Part shown: one piece after another, positions 29,795-38,896 of the stretch
Layout of the letters: each line of letters begins with the position of its first letter
Position numbering within the stretch: the stretch's first letter is position 1
Assembly (NCBI GenBank): GCA_012727955.1
Contig: JAAYGB010000005.1
Span: forward strand, 41,800 to 105,799
DNA: 64,000 nt
Reading direction: 5' to 3'
Source of the DNA: Bacillota bacterium
GTDB lineage: Bacteria > Bacillota > Limnochordia > DTU087 > JAAYGB01
Program-made: the position numbers and the translations under genes
The notes under the pieces: model-generated
What the model was told of the DNA's origin: nothing
Databases searched by the model: none
Seen by the model: only the letters and a program-made list of their open reading frames with translations

Positions 29795-30613
29795 TTGCGG
29801 TTGTGGTGCCGGTCCCTGGTGATGGTGCCCTTGCTTCTAGCATGGTGGCAAGGGGCCCATCCAGCGGTAGCTGCCGGCATGATATCCGCTCGGGTGGCTG
29901 GCATGGCAGATGCGGCAGTGGCCTTGCCTGGGATTGAGGCGCTGTGGAGTAACCCCGCCGGAATGATTGCCCATCCCCAATTAAGTGTGGGCTTATCGGC
30001 TATGGTGGCCGACGGAGGGGTCAGGAGACGGTCGGGGCTGTATTTTCAGCCAGACAACGGCCTAGGAGCCGGAGCCTTAGGTTGGCGCCGCAGTCGCTGG
30101 AACCCTGGGGAGGGCATAGATCAGATTCAGTATACCTTGGCGATTTCCCATCACGTCTGGTCCTTCGGCGGTACCATCGGTTGGGTCGATTACAAAACAG
30201 CTGACGGTACCGGTGACGCTGGAGCGGTTGTGGATTTCGGTGTTCAATTCGCTCCTGGTGCAGAGGTGGTGGTGGGGGCAGCGATTAACCGAGTCTATTC
30301 TACATTGTCCGATGGGTTGGCTATTGCCAGACCCCAGGCCAGCCTCGGTGTTAGCACCACTGCTGTCCCAGACTTAACACTGGCCCTGGAGCTAGCGGAT
30401 TTAACGGGACCGGAAGTGGGGCTCAAGGTTGGAGTAGAGTATCGCTTGACTGAGGCGATGGCAACTCGATTGGGTACCTATCGAGGCCTTAGCCGGGGCT
30501 GGGAAAGCTGGACAGCGGGATTGGGCTGGCATCAGGACAATTGGTTAGTCGATTGGGCCCTTGTCCTTGATGCTGGAATCACCCATTGGATTGGCATAGG
30601 ATGGAATCTATAG
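29795..30613 (+). CDS. putative outer-membrane beta-barrel protein (FadL/PorV-like N-terminal motif)
   Basis: 272 aa; signal-like N-term; 'ISARVAGMADAAVALPGIEALWSNPAGM' resembles the FadL/OmpP1-family N-terminal motif; beta-rich; ends in an aromatic-rich ...HWIGIGWNL. Confidence 0.4.
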   Translation: MRLWCRSLVMVPLLLAWWQGAHPAVAAGMISARVAGMADAAVALPGIEALWSNPAGMIAHPQLSVGLSAMVADGGVRRRSGLYFQPDNGLGAGALGWRRSRWNPGEGIDQIQYTLAISHHVWSFGGTIGWVDYKTADGTGDAGAVVDFGVQFAPGAEVVVGAAINRVYSTLSDGLAIARPQASLGVSTTAVPDLTLALELADLTGPEVGLKVGVEYRLTEAMATRLGTYRGLSRGWESWTAGLGWHQDNWLVDWALVLDAGITHWIGIGWNL

Positions 30614-30635
30614 CCAAGGTAGATCAGGGGATAGG

Positions 30636-30670
30636 TTGGCAACTGTAGGCGGTCTGCAGTTGCCTTTCTC
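30636..30670 (+). terminator. probable terminator hairpin
   Basis: stem ggcaactg/cagttgcc with weak T tract (cctttctcatt). Confidence 0.45.
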
Positions 30671-30709
30671 ATTGGTGGTAGAAGCATCAGCCGCTACGGG
30701 GGAGGAGTT

Positions 30710-31795
30710 ATGGGGATAAAGCTGCTGGACAAATACGCCGTCAAGGAGTTTTTGGGTCCCTTTGTTGCCTGTGTGGGCGGCATTACCATTTTACTCATCA
30801 GTGGATATTTGTTTGAGCTGTCAGATTTGGTGTTTGTCAAGCGGGTGCCCTTTGCTGTTGTGTTACAGTTGTTGGGATACCGCATCCCTGCGGTCCTGAC
30901 ATTAACCCTACCCATTGGTGTACTCTTTGCTACCTTTCTCAGTCTGGGTCGATTTGTTAAGGATAATGAGCTGACGGTGATGCTCTGTGCCGGCCATCGG
31001 TTGGCTCGCTTTGCCCTTCCCTACCTGGTGATTGGCTTGGCGGTTAGTGGGATCACCCTGGCGGCCAACGAGCATCTGGTACCCTATACCAATCATCGGG
31101 AGGCCAATATCCTTCGCCGGTTGGTCTTGCAGGATGGGCTGCCGGTGATTGAGGAAAAGGTGTTCTTTAAGGATCCTGATAATCGCTTTTTCTATATCAA
31201 TCGCGTTGATCGCGACCGCAACCTGCTGTCAGAGGTGATGATCTACGTTCCCAATCCCGAGTCGGATTTTCCCACTTTAATCACCGCCAGGACCGGAGAG
31301 TTTCGCGACAACCTTTGGCACCTGCAAAATGGCATTCAGCGGGAATTTGACTCCCAGGGATATTTGCGACGGGAAGTGGTTTTTGCCACCTTGGATATTG
31401 TCACCGAAGAACCCGCCGAAGCCTACCTTGGCAAACAAAAAACCACTGAAGAAATGAATCGTAGGGAATTGCGGGAACACATCGCCGTCTTCGAAGCCAG
31501 TGGAATCAAAGTGGACTCCTTTGTCGTTGATTATCATCTTAAGTTGGCGCTGCCCGGGGCCAGCTTGATATTTGTCCTATTGGCGGTGCCCTTTGGCTTT
31601 CACAGTGGTCGGGGCGGTCGGTTCTTTGCGGTCTTGGTGGGGTTGGGAATCGTATTTCTGTATTACGCTGCCACTTCTATTTTTCGATCCATGGGAGCCA
31701 ATGGGATCCTTGCCACTGGCCCGGCGGCGTGGCTGAGCAATATTCTCTTTGGAGGCGTCGGGGCAGCAGCCATCCTTTGGCTGGAAAGGCGATAG
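30710..31795 (+). CDS. lptF: LPS export ABC permease LptF/LptG family (YjgP/YjgQ)
   Basis: 361 aa; 3 N-terminal TM, periplasmic beta-jellyroll region, 3 C-terminal TM; 'LDKYAVKEFLGPF' is a typical LptF/G start. Assignment F vs G is arbitrary. Confidence 0.8.
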   Translation: MGIKLLDKYAVKEFLGPFVACVGGITILLISGYLFELSDLVFVKRVPFAVVLQLLGYRIPAVLTLTLPIGVLFATFLSLGRFVKDNELTVMLCAGHRLARFALPYLVIGLAVSGITLAANEHLVPYTNHREANILRRLVLQDGLPVIEEKVFFKDPDNRFFYINRVDRDRNLLSEVMIYVPNPESDFPTLITARTGEFRDNLWHLQNGIQREFDSQGYLRREVVFATLDIVTEEPAEAYLGKQKTTEEMNRRELREHIAVFEASGIKVDSFVVDYHLKLALPGASLIFVLLAVPFGFHSGRGGRFFAVLVGLGIVFLYYAATSIFRSMGANGILATGPAAWLSNILFGGVGAAAILWLERR

Positions 31796-31938
31796 CCACC
31801 AAGGGGAGCAAAATTGCCCAAGAGGAACTGACTGGGGCTGCATGGAAGTTGATGTAATGCAAGTGGAAATACAATCGGTGGAGGGAAAGGCGGTCCCCCA
31901 TGCAGCAGGATAGATTCCAGAGAAACCTTGAAAAATCT

Positions 31939-34179
31939 ATGATCACGATTGTTATCCTTTTCTTAGCGGTAACCATCTTGACGGCTGTCAGCTTTGCCCA
32001 GGAGAAGATCTCTTTGCAGGCGGAAGGGCAGCTGGTTTTCGATATTACAACGGGAAACGTATACGCCGAAGAGGGTGTAGAGCTAGAGTATCAAGACCTA
32101 GTGTTACTGGCTGACAGTGCTCGCTACGACAGTGAGAACAGGATGGCTTATCTGGTGGGCAATGTTGAGCTTATTGAACCGGATCGGGTGGTCAGGGGAC
32201 AGGCCTTGACCTATGACTTTACTTCACAGGTCAGCTATATGGACGATGTGAGAACGGAAGTCACCGGCACAGGAATGCAGGGTCTAGCCTATCTGACGGG
32301 GCAAAGGGTGACCAACACCTCACAGGTGATGCATATCGATAACGGTACCATCACTACCTGTGATCTCGAGGATCCCCATTATCATTTGGCCAGCAAGTCC
32401 ATCGATATTTATCCCGGGGATCGCATCGTAGTTCGCCATGTGGTCTACTATGAGGGCAAGATTCCTTTGTTTTATTGGCCTTATTTGGTGATCCCAATCA
32501 GAAAGACCGCCGCAGGTACCAGTGTATTCGAGTTTCCCCGGGTAGGGCGGAATGAGTCCGATGGCTGGTATGTCAAGACGGCCTATAACTACTACCGCGG
32601 TCCCGAAGCCTATGGTAAGGTGCATCTGGATTGGTTTCAGAAAAAGGGGATTGGAAAAGGAGTGGATCACACCTACCAAGACGATGAGCAGGGGTACGGT
32701 GAAATTTCTTTGTATCATCTAGGAGGTAGTGATTGGGGTCAGTCCATCACCGCGGGTTGGACTCAGCAACTGCAACTGGGTCAAGCCTGGGAGTTTGCCA
32801 GCGATGTGGAGTATGTCACCCGGAACTTGACTGCAGGAGACTCCTCGGATTTTCTTGCCAATCTCGCTCTGTCTCGGCAGGCAGCGGACTCCCGGTTGAG
32901 TGCCACCTTAGATTATGAAGGGAATGCCTTTGCCGATGACACGGGAGAGTCGGACCTGTTGGGGCGGGTCAGTTATTCTCGTTCCTTCGGTCAGGGGTTA
33001 GGGGTTCGCCTGGGGGCGGACCTGCGTCGACTGGGGGAATACACCGATGGGGCCAGTGAAATAGAGCAATATGAAGGCTACTTGGGTGAAATCACCTTGA
33101 CCCAACCCCGGTACCAAGTGGGTGTTGCCCTGGAGCAGAAACTTAATCCAGAATTTCTGCGTTCGGAGATCGGCAGTGTCAAATGGGTCACCGCCAAGGA
33201 TGCTCCCCGCCTATTCTGGAGAAGCCGCAATTGGCGCTGGTTTAACGGTTACCTGCCAATGCTCTTTACCGGATCCTATAGCCGCTACTCTGAAGTGTAT
33301 CCCAACGGGTCGACCCAGGCCGGGCAGGTGGCAACGGTTACCGGGGGAATCAACAACAAGGTGTGGAATCTCAACCCGCAAACCCGGGTCACCTTAAGCA
33401 GCACTTTGCAGCAGGATTGGTACAGGGATCTCAGCAAGGAAAGCCCGGTTGGAGGGATACCGGCGGTAGAGACCCAAGGGGACCTGTCCCGCCTAAGCCT
33501 CCGATCCCGAAGTTCCCTGCGGTACAAGCCCTCCGAGCCCTGGACCCTGACCTTAGGTTATACCGATGATTGGGTGATCGCGGGGGAGACTCCCTTTGTG
33601 CGGGATCAGATCGACAACAAGGAGCTGCTTACCGGCAGAGTCCAATACCAGCAAAAGGCCGTTGCCGCTTCCCTGTCTACGGGATATGATTTTTATGCTG
33701 GGAAATATGAAGATGTCGTTGGTCAACTGGGGTATCGGCCCAGTGACAAGCTCCAGTTGGATCTGCAGGCCAATTACGATGTGCAATTGGGGGAAGTTAC
33801 CAATCTCTACACTTTAGCCAAGGCAGCCCCCTTGACGGGGTGGCAGGTGCAGTTTGGATCTGGCTACGATCTGCTAGAGGAGCGGTGGGAACGTCTGGAT
33901 GCTGCCACTACCGCCCAGCTGCCCTGGGGTTTGACCCTGCAGCACTTGATTAGCTACGATGGGGCCACGGATTCCTTAACCTACAACGACATTGCCTTGA
34001 CCAAGGATCTGCATTGTCGGGAACTGACCCTGCGGTACAGCGCGGTTCGGGAGGAGATTTGGCTGGAGTTTAGCCTTAATGCCTTCCCACGGACCAAGCT
34101 GTTGGCCGGGACCGCAGAGGACAAATTACTCTTCGATGCCCAGGGCATCGAAGAATTGGTGGATGTCATCACTGATTAG
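31939..34179 (+). CDS. lptD: LPS assembly outer-membrane protein LptD (OstA)
   Basis: ATG 31939; signal peptide; N-terminal OstA-like domain ('VYAEEGVELEYQDLVLLADSARYD...AYLVGNVEL'); 'TTCDLEDPHYHLASKSIDIYPGDRIVVRHVVYYEGKIPLFYWPYLVIPI' is a conserved LptD block; large C-terminal beta-barrel. Confidence 0.85.
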   Translation: MITIVILFLAVTILTAVSFAQEKISLQAEGQLVFDITTGNVYAEEGVELEYQDLVLLADSARYDSENRMAYLVGNVELIEPDRVVRGQALTYDFTSQVSYMDDVRTEVTGTGMQGLAYLTGQRVTNTSQVMHIDNGTITTCDLEDPHYHLASKSIDIYPGDRIVVRHVVYYEGKIPLFYWPYLVIPIRKTAAGTSVFEFPRVGRNESDGWYVKTAYNYYRGPEAYGKVHLDWFQKKGIGKGVDHTYQDDEQGYGEISLYHLGGSDWGQSITAGWTQQLQLGQAWEFASDVEYVTRNLTAGDSSDFLANLALSRQAADSRLSATLDYEGNAFADDTGESDLLGRVSYSRSFGQGLGVRLGADLRRLGEYTDGASEIEQYEGYLGEITLTQPRYQVGVALEQKLNPEFLRSEIGSVKWVTAKDAPRLFWRSRNWRWFNGYLPMLFTGSYSRYSEVYPNGSTQAGQVATVTGGINNKVWNLNPQTRVTLSSTLQQDWYRDLSKESPVGGIPAVETQGDLSRLSLRSRSSLRYKPSEPWTLTLGYTDDWVIAGETPFVRDQIDNKELLTGRVQYQQKAVAASLSTGYDFYAGKYEDVVGQLGYRPSDKLQLDLQANYDVQLGEVTNLYTLAKAAPLTGWQVQFGSGYDLLEERWERLDAATTAQLPWGLTLQHLISYDGATDSLTYNDIALTKDLHCRELTLRYSAVREEIWLEFSLNAFPRTKLLAGTAEDKLLFDAQGIEELVDVITD

Positions 34180-34210
34180 CTTGAAACTAGTCTGAAGGGA
34201 GGATTGGGCA

Positions 34211-34912
34211 GTGAAGAGATTGCGTCGGCACCCCTGGTGGGGGGTGGCTTTGATTGTCTTGGTTATCCTGGGTTTGGGATGGTATCGGCAGGTCAGGCAG
34301 GACGATACCCCGGCCATGGAGAAGCCTCAGATTATCGATGACAGTGACCTGGCTGCCCAGTTCTCCACAGTCCATCTTGTGGGCCATCGGTTAGGGGTAA
34401 AGGAGTATGATTTCCGCTTTGATCTGGTGGAACAGATCGGGGGAGAAACTCCCCATATTGTGTTCTCTAATCTGGTGGACGGCAAACTCTATGGACAGGA
34501 CGGAAAGCTGCAGTATCGGATCGATGCCGGCTGGGGTAAGTGGTATGAGAAGACCGAGGAGCTGGAGCTGGAACAGGGTGTGACGCTGTTGACGGCCAAG
34601 GATGAGGTAGTGGTTGGTCCCGGATTTCTGTGGCGATCCAGCCCCAATACCCTTGAGTCTCGGGGCCGGGTGACCATTGAGACCCCATCGGTAGCCATTG
34701 CTGCCGACCATTTGTGGGCAGAGCTAGGCAGCGATGAGTCGGTGTTAACGGATAATGTCGTAATTTCCGATCACCGTGGTTCTACCCTGATTGGTGACAA
34801 GGCGGTGTATCGGGGGCAAGAGGAAATCATTGAAGTGGTGGGACCAGCTGAGATCGTAGTGCTGATAGGCGGTGGAGAACATGATCAGAAGGAAAGGAAA
34901 TCCCAGGGTTAA
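34211..34912 (+). CDS. lptC: LptC-like membrane-anchored periplasmic LPS transport protein
   Basis: 233 aa; single N-terminal TM; beta-rich OstA-like periplasmic domain; lies between lptD and lptA. Confidence 0.55.
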   Translation: MKRLRRHPWWGVALIVLVILGLGWYRQVRQDDTPAMEKPQIIDDSDLAAQFSTVHLVGHRLGVKEYDFRFDLVEQIGGETPHIVFSNLVDGKLYGQDGKLQYRIDAGWGKWYEKTEELELEQGVTLLTAKDEVVVGPGFLWRSSPNTLESRGRVTIETPSVAIAADHLWAELGSDESVLTDNVVISDHRGSTLIGDKAVYRGQEEIIEVVGPAEIVVLIGGGEHDQKERKSQG

Positions 34913-35615
34913 AAGGGTTTTAGGGTTGTGGCTGTTATGCTTGTGTGTGGCGGGTTCCGGGCTGGGCTTGGCCCAGGAATCTCGGGATAGAGTATTGATT
35001 AAGATCTTTGAATCCGATCCCGAGGCGAAGACTACTTCCTATAGTTTGGCTACCAATGAGCTGCATATTGAGCCTCCCTCTGGCTACGTCGAATTGATTC
35101 GGGACAACACTACCTTGGAGGCTAAGCAGGTAGACTATGCCCAGGAGAGTCAGGTCGCGGTGCTGCAGCGGGACGTAAAGGTCACGGACCCGGAAATTGA
35201 TCTGTGGACCGACAAGTTGACGGTGCAGTTTAACGACGATCTGTACATCGCCGAGGGAAAGGTGCGCCTGATGCAGTGGGAAGTTGATGCCCAGGGTGAG
35301 CGAGGGGCGCAAGAGCTCTACCTTACCGCGGACAAGGTAACTATTAACGATGCAGCGAAGACGGTACAGGCTCAAGGTAGGGTTTACGTGGAAGAGGCGG
35401 ATCGACGGGTCTGGTCGGAAACCATGGATTATGATCAGCAGCGGGAGATCATGGTCTTTACCGGCGATGTGCGAATGGAGACGGAGTCGGGAAACCGCCT
35501 GCAGGGGAATCGAGTTGTGGTGGATTTGGCCACCGATGAGGTCACGGTTTTTGGTCCCGTAACGGGCGAGTTTATCCTTGAAACTGAAGAAGAGGCCGAG
35601 CCGGTAGGAGATTAA
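34872..35615 (+). CDS. lptA: periplasmic LPS transport protein LptA (OstA-like)
   Basis: 247 aa (true start probably ATG 34881 or later); signal peptide 'VLGLWLLCLCVAGSGLGLAQE'; repeated OstA-like beta-jellyroll segments 'VTVFGPVTGEF'. Confidence 0.7.
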   Translation: MENMIRRKGNPRVKRVLGLWLLCLCVAGSGLGLAQESRDRVLIKIFESDPEAKTTSYSLATNELHIEPPSGYVELIRDNTTLEAKQVDYAQESQVAVLQRDVKVTDPEIDLWTDKLTVQFNDDLYIAEGKVRLMQWEVDAQGERGAQELYLTADKVTINDAAKTVQAQGRVYVEEADRRVWSETMDYDQQREIMVFTGDVRMETESGNRLQGNRVVVDLATDEVTVFGPVTGEFILETEEEAEPVGD

Positions 35616-35815
35616 AGCTCGGTGCTTTTCGATGAAGCATAAATAGAGCATACATAGGAAGGGACGTGTTCCAGTCATCGGTGTTCCGGTGGCTAGGGTG
35701 CGTCCCTTCCCTGGTCTTGGGAGGATGTAAACTCTGCCAGGGCCACCAAAGGGAACAACTCGGGCCATAACCTAACAATTGATGCAAGAATTATCTGTAT
35801 ATTTACCGAGAGTGT

Positions 35816-35826
35816 CATGTTATAAT
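35816..35826 (+). promoter_or_regulatory. putative extended -10 promoter (TGtTATAAT) upstream of ftsX-like gene
   Basis: 'catgttataat' at 35816-35826, ~27 nt upstream of the ATG at 35853; no good -35. Confidence 0.3.
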
Positions 35827-35852
35827 TGCCATGCTGGGAGGTGAAGTAGGCA

Positions 35853-37979
35853 ATGATGACACTGTTTCGTGACGGTTTTGGCCGAGATCTGGTGGTCTTA
35901 ATGATCGTTAGTATCGTGGCGGGAACAATTCTGTCTACCGGAATTGCTAAGGCCGTTGATGCCTATTTTGGCGATACCATCAATGGTTTGATCGGTGATT
36001 TCGGTGAATATGATCTTATTCTACACATTAGAGAAGATGCCAAGGAAGCGGCGATGACAGAGCTGAAGGCCTTGGCAGAGAATCGACTACCGGGAATGAA
36101 GATGAGTGACGGAGTGACTATTGCGGGTAAGGTCAATGTCTTTATCGCTATCCCGGAGGAAGAGAAAACGAAAGAGACCTTAGAGAACCTGGACAATATT
36201 TTCGGAGACATCCCAGGTCAGTCAGGGTTTACCCTGATGATAGAGCCAACGGTCGTCGTGCAAGGCACCCACTCCGCGGTCAGGGGAAGATTGATTGAGG
36301 AGATCGAGGCGGTACCGGGAGTGAGCTTTGTCTTTCGGGATGGAGGCAGTTTGTATGCTGTTCTAGAGTCTGTGGACAAGTCTACTGAAGTAAATGAAGC
36401 GGTCAAGAACATCTTGCAGCAGTATCAACTACTAGAGATTAGTTTTCCCATGGGACAGGAGACAGAGGATGTGGCTTCCACCGGTGCGGTGGTAATTGCG
36501 GAGCTGGAGAATAGGTATGCTCCCAGTCTAATCGAAAACATCACCCTGTCGCAGGATACCGAGAACTATCAAGCCTTTGTGAAGACCTTGGCAGAGATGA
36601 AGCTGTTTCTGGAAAACTACGCGACTAAGGTGACCATCCCCATCGAGGGTCTGGAGCCGCTGAATGTCGGCAATCGGGTAGTGGTCCTCACCGCCGAGGA
36701 TAATCTGGCGGAGGGAGAACCCGTTGGGGAAGAACAGCTGGTGATCGAGGTTACCTCTATTACCGGTAGCGAGGCCAAGGGCTTGATTATCCAGGGTGAT
36801 ATCAGTGACGTTGAGGGCCAAGGGGAGCTAAATGGTTACCGGGTGCGAGCCGGTAAGGTAGGTTCCCGGGTCGGGTCTGTGATCTTGGAGAATGATCGCT
36901 ATCGACTAATTCGAGCCATTGACGAAAGTATCGCCCTGTTGACCCAGCTGGACAGTCTGTCCGGTACGGCCGATGAGGCGGTGGAGAACGCGCAGGAGAC
37001 CCTGGAGCTCTTCCAGGAATCGCTGGTGAAGCTGGAAGAATTGCAGACCCAGATTGAGGAGTTGAATCGAAGCCTCAATGGTGGTCCCGATGCCGGCGCG
37101 GGTAATGTGGTTCTGTCGATGCTGATCAGCCAGGTGATGCGGGGCCTAGTGGGAGATAAGTCCGAGGAAAGTGCCGGTAATCTCCAGGATCTCGATATTG
37201 CAGCGATGCAGGAGACTTTGGCTGCTCTAGCGGGACAATTGAAAAACGTTGAAACCGTGGATGTGCAGCTGATTATTGATCAGATTCAACAGGTCAAGGA
37301 GTCCTTGCCTCAGCTGCGGGACGAAGAGATTGGCCAGTCGATTCAGCTGATCAACAGCTATATCCAGGGACAAGTGATTCCCGGAGAAAAGATTCAGCTG
37401 TTGCTGGATGGCGACTCGGTATCGGCCGAGGAGGCTCAAGGGGTGATTCGGGAGGTTCTGGACAACCAGTACCTGTCGGTATACTCCTCGCCGGTGGGGA
37501 TTGTTAACCCCAACGCAAGAGCTGAGCTATTTCGAGTGTTGAGCGAAGTGAGGGCAACTATCGCCGGGATGTTGGCGATATTCTTTACCCTTCTCTTCTT
37601 GATTTTGGACTACTCGACGGTGATGAGTGTGATGAAGCAGCTAGAGTCGAGAATCACCAGTCGGTCACTGTGGAAGCGAGTATTTAGTCCCGTTAAATTC
37701 ATCGGAGTTGCCCTGGGGGCAATCCTGTTATTTACCATTTATCTGGCCAGCCGAGCGCAGATTCCCTATGTAGCTCCTTGGCATATGCTGATCCTCGGTG
37801 GTATCTTGGGGGGCTTGGCTGCTATTTTGTGCGACCGATTCAGCCCCGTCAATGAGGATGAAATGATGGCCGGTGAGGCCCTGGGATTGACCTACGTTCA
37901 GATCATGCGTAATATCGTTATTCCAGAGAGTCGTCCCGGTTTGCTCAATCTGCTAAATGGCTGGAAGAAGACCTTCTAA
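35853..37979 (+). CDS. FtsX/MacB-type (type VII) ABC permease with very large (~530 aa) periplasmic coiled-coil domain
   Basis: 708 aa. Topology is TM1 (res 13-33), a huge extracytoplasmic alpha/beta + coiled-coil region, then 3 TM at the C-terminus (FtsX-like 1+3 arrangement). Immediately followed by an FtsE-type ATPase. Confidence 0.6.
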   Translation: MMTLFRDGFGRDLVVLMIVSIVAGTILSTGIAKAVDAYFGDTINGLIGDFGEYDLILHIREDAKEAAMTELKALAENRLPGMKMSDGVTIAGKVNVFIAIPEEEKTKETLENLDNIFGDIPGQSGFTLMIEPTVVVQGTHSAVRGRLIEEIEAVPGVSFVFRDGGSLYAVLESVDKSTEVNEAVKNILQQYQLLEISFPMGQETEDVASTGAVVIAELENRYAPSLIENITLSQDTENYQAFVKTLAEMKLFLENYATKVTIPIEGLEPLNVGNRVVVLTAEDNLAEGEPVGEEQLVIEVTSITGSEAKGLIIQGDISDVEGQGELNGYRVRAGKVGSRVGSVILENDRYRLIRAIDESIALLTQLDSLSGTADEAVENAQETLELFQESLVKLEELQTQIEELNRSLNGGPDAGAGNVVLSMLISQVMRGLVGDKSEESAGNLQDLDIAAMQETLAALAGQLKNVETVDVQLIIDQIQQVKESLPQLRDEEIGQSIQLINSYIQGQVIPGEKIQLLLDGDSVSAEEAQGVIREVLDNQYLSVYSSPVGIVNPNARAELFRVLSEVRATIAGMLAIFFTLLFLILDYSTVMSVMKQLESRITSRSLWKRVFSPVKFIGVALGAILLFTIYLASRAQIPYVAPWHMLILGGILGGLAAILCDRFSPVNEDEMMAGEALGLTYVQIMRNIVIPESRPGLLNLLNGWKKTF

Positions 37980-38016
37980 GGGAGCTTATGCGGGATTTTG
38001 GGATGGAGGTGAAGCA

Positions 38017-38745
38017 GTGATCGAAATCTATGATCTGAAGAAAACCTACGGCAAGACAGTAGCCCTTGATGGGATGAGTCTCAAAGTTCGCAAGGGCGAA
38101 ACAGTGGTGATTATGGGTCCCAGCGGGTGCGGAAAGTCCACGTCTATCCGTTGTATCAATCGGTTGACGGAGCCTGATTCCGGGAAAATCCTTTTCAACG
38201 GCCAGTCGATTTTGGATATGAGCCACAGAGAGCTCTTGGCCTATCGCCAACAGGTGGGCTTTGTGTTTCAGAAGTTCAACCTGATCAATCGGATGACGGT
38301 GAAGGAGAATGTGATGTTGGCACCGGTACTAAATGGACTCAACCGCAGTGAGGCTGAGTCCTTGGCAGAGCGGGCCTTGGCCAGAGTAGGGCTGAGTTCC
38401 GCTGCCCATAAGCGTCCCCATGAGATGTCCGGTGGAGAGCAACAACGGGTTGGAATTGCCAGAGCCTTGGTTAACAACCCCCAGCTGGTTCTCTGGGATG
38501 AGCCCACTGCTTCATTGGATCCGATTTTGGTGCGAGAAGTTCTAGAAGTGATGGAGGACTTGGTGAACACCACTCAAACTACGTCAATCATCGTGACCCA
38601 CGAAGTGGACTTTGCTTTGCGGGTGGCAGACCGGATTGTACTCATGGATGGCGGCCGGGTAGTTGAGGAGGGTTCACCGGAAACGATATTCGTGGATCCG
38701 AAGTCGGAGATTGGAGATAAATACAAGAAACTGATTGCAGCTTAG
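38017..38745 (+). CDS. FtsE/LolD/MacB-type ABC transporter ATP-binding protein
   Basis: GTG 38017 after a GGAGGTGAAG RBS; Walker A 'GPSGCGKST'; signature 'MSGGEQQRVGIARALVNNPQLVLWDEPTASLDP' (the SGGEQQRV + NNP form typical of the FtsE/LolD family); 242 aa without C-terminal regulatory domain. Confidence 0.85.
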   Translation: MIEIYDLKKTYGKTVALDGMSLKVRKGETVVIMGPSGCGKSTSIRCINRLTEPDSGKILFNGQSILDMSHRELLAYRQQVGFVFQKFNLINRMTVKENVMLAPVLNGLNRSEAESLAERALARVGLSSAAHKRPHEMSGGEQQRVGIARALVNNPQLVLWDEPTASLDPILVREVLEVMEDLVNTTQTTSIIVTHEVDFALRVADRIVLMDGGRVVEEGSPETIFVDPKSEIGDKYKKLIAA

Positions 38746-38749
38746 TCGC

Positions 38750-38776
38750 GGCCAGGGAGTGATCCCTGGCTTTTTT
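38750..38776 (+). terminator. rho-independent terminator
   Basis: stem gccaggga/tccctggc, loop gtga, T6. Confidence 0.85.
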
Positions 38777-38896
38777 GTTAGAGAGAGTGGTATGATAAGA
38801 TTTTAGATAAGGTACTTTTGTCTCGATTTGGGCAGGAATGATGAGACAAAACAAGAAAAAGTGATTCTAATGGATAGGAGCGGGAGGGAGTAGCAT

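Noticed and set aside
35616-35852. 10-bp inverted repeat ggaagggacg...cgtcccttcc downstream of lptA
   Set aside because: The 34-nt loop and lack of U-tract make it an unlikely intrinsic terminator. It is possibly a regulatory or REP-like structure but there is too little evidence.
35853-37979. Alternative readings of the large permease as an amino-acid ABC importer TMD (EAA-like 'GEALGLTYVQIMRNIVIP') or as an MlaD/MCE protein
   Set aside because: The EAA-like stretch sits only ~35 aa from the C-terminus with no following TM, and G-spacing does not fit the EAA-x3-G-x9-I-x-LP consensus. No MCE-type beta-barrel motif was seen. The 1+3 TM topology and adjacent FtsE-type ATPase fit an FtsX/MacB-type permease better.
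38017-38745. Polar-amino-acid (GlnQ/HisP-type) ABC ATPase interpretation
   Set aside because: The signature is SGGEQQRV and the linker 'ALVNNPQLVL' matches FtsE/LolD/MacB-type ATPases. There is no solute-binding protein or type-I permease nearby.
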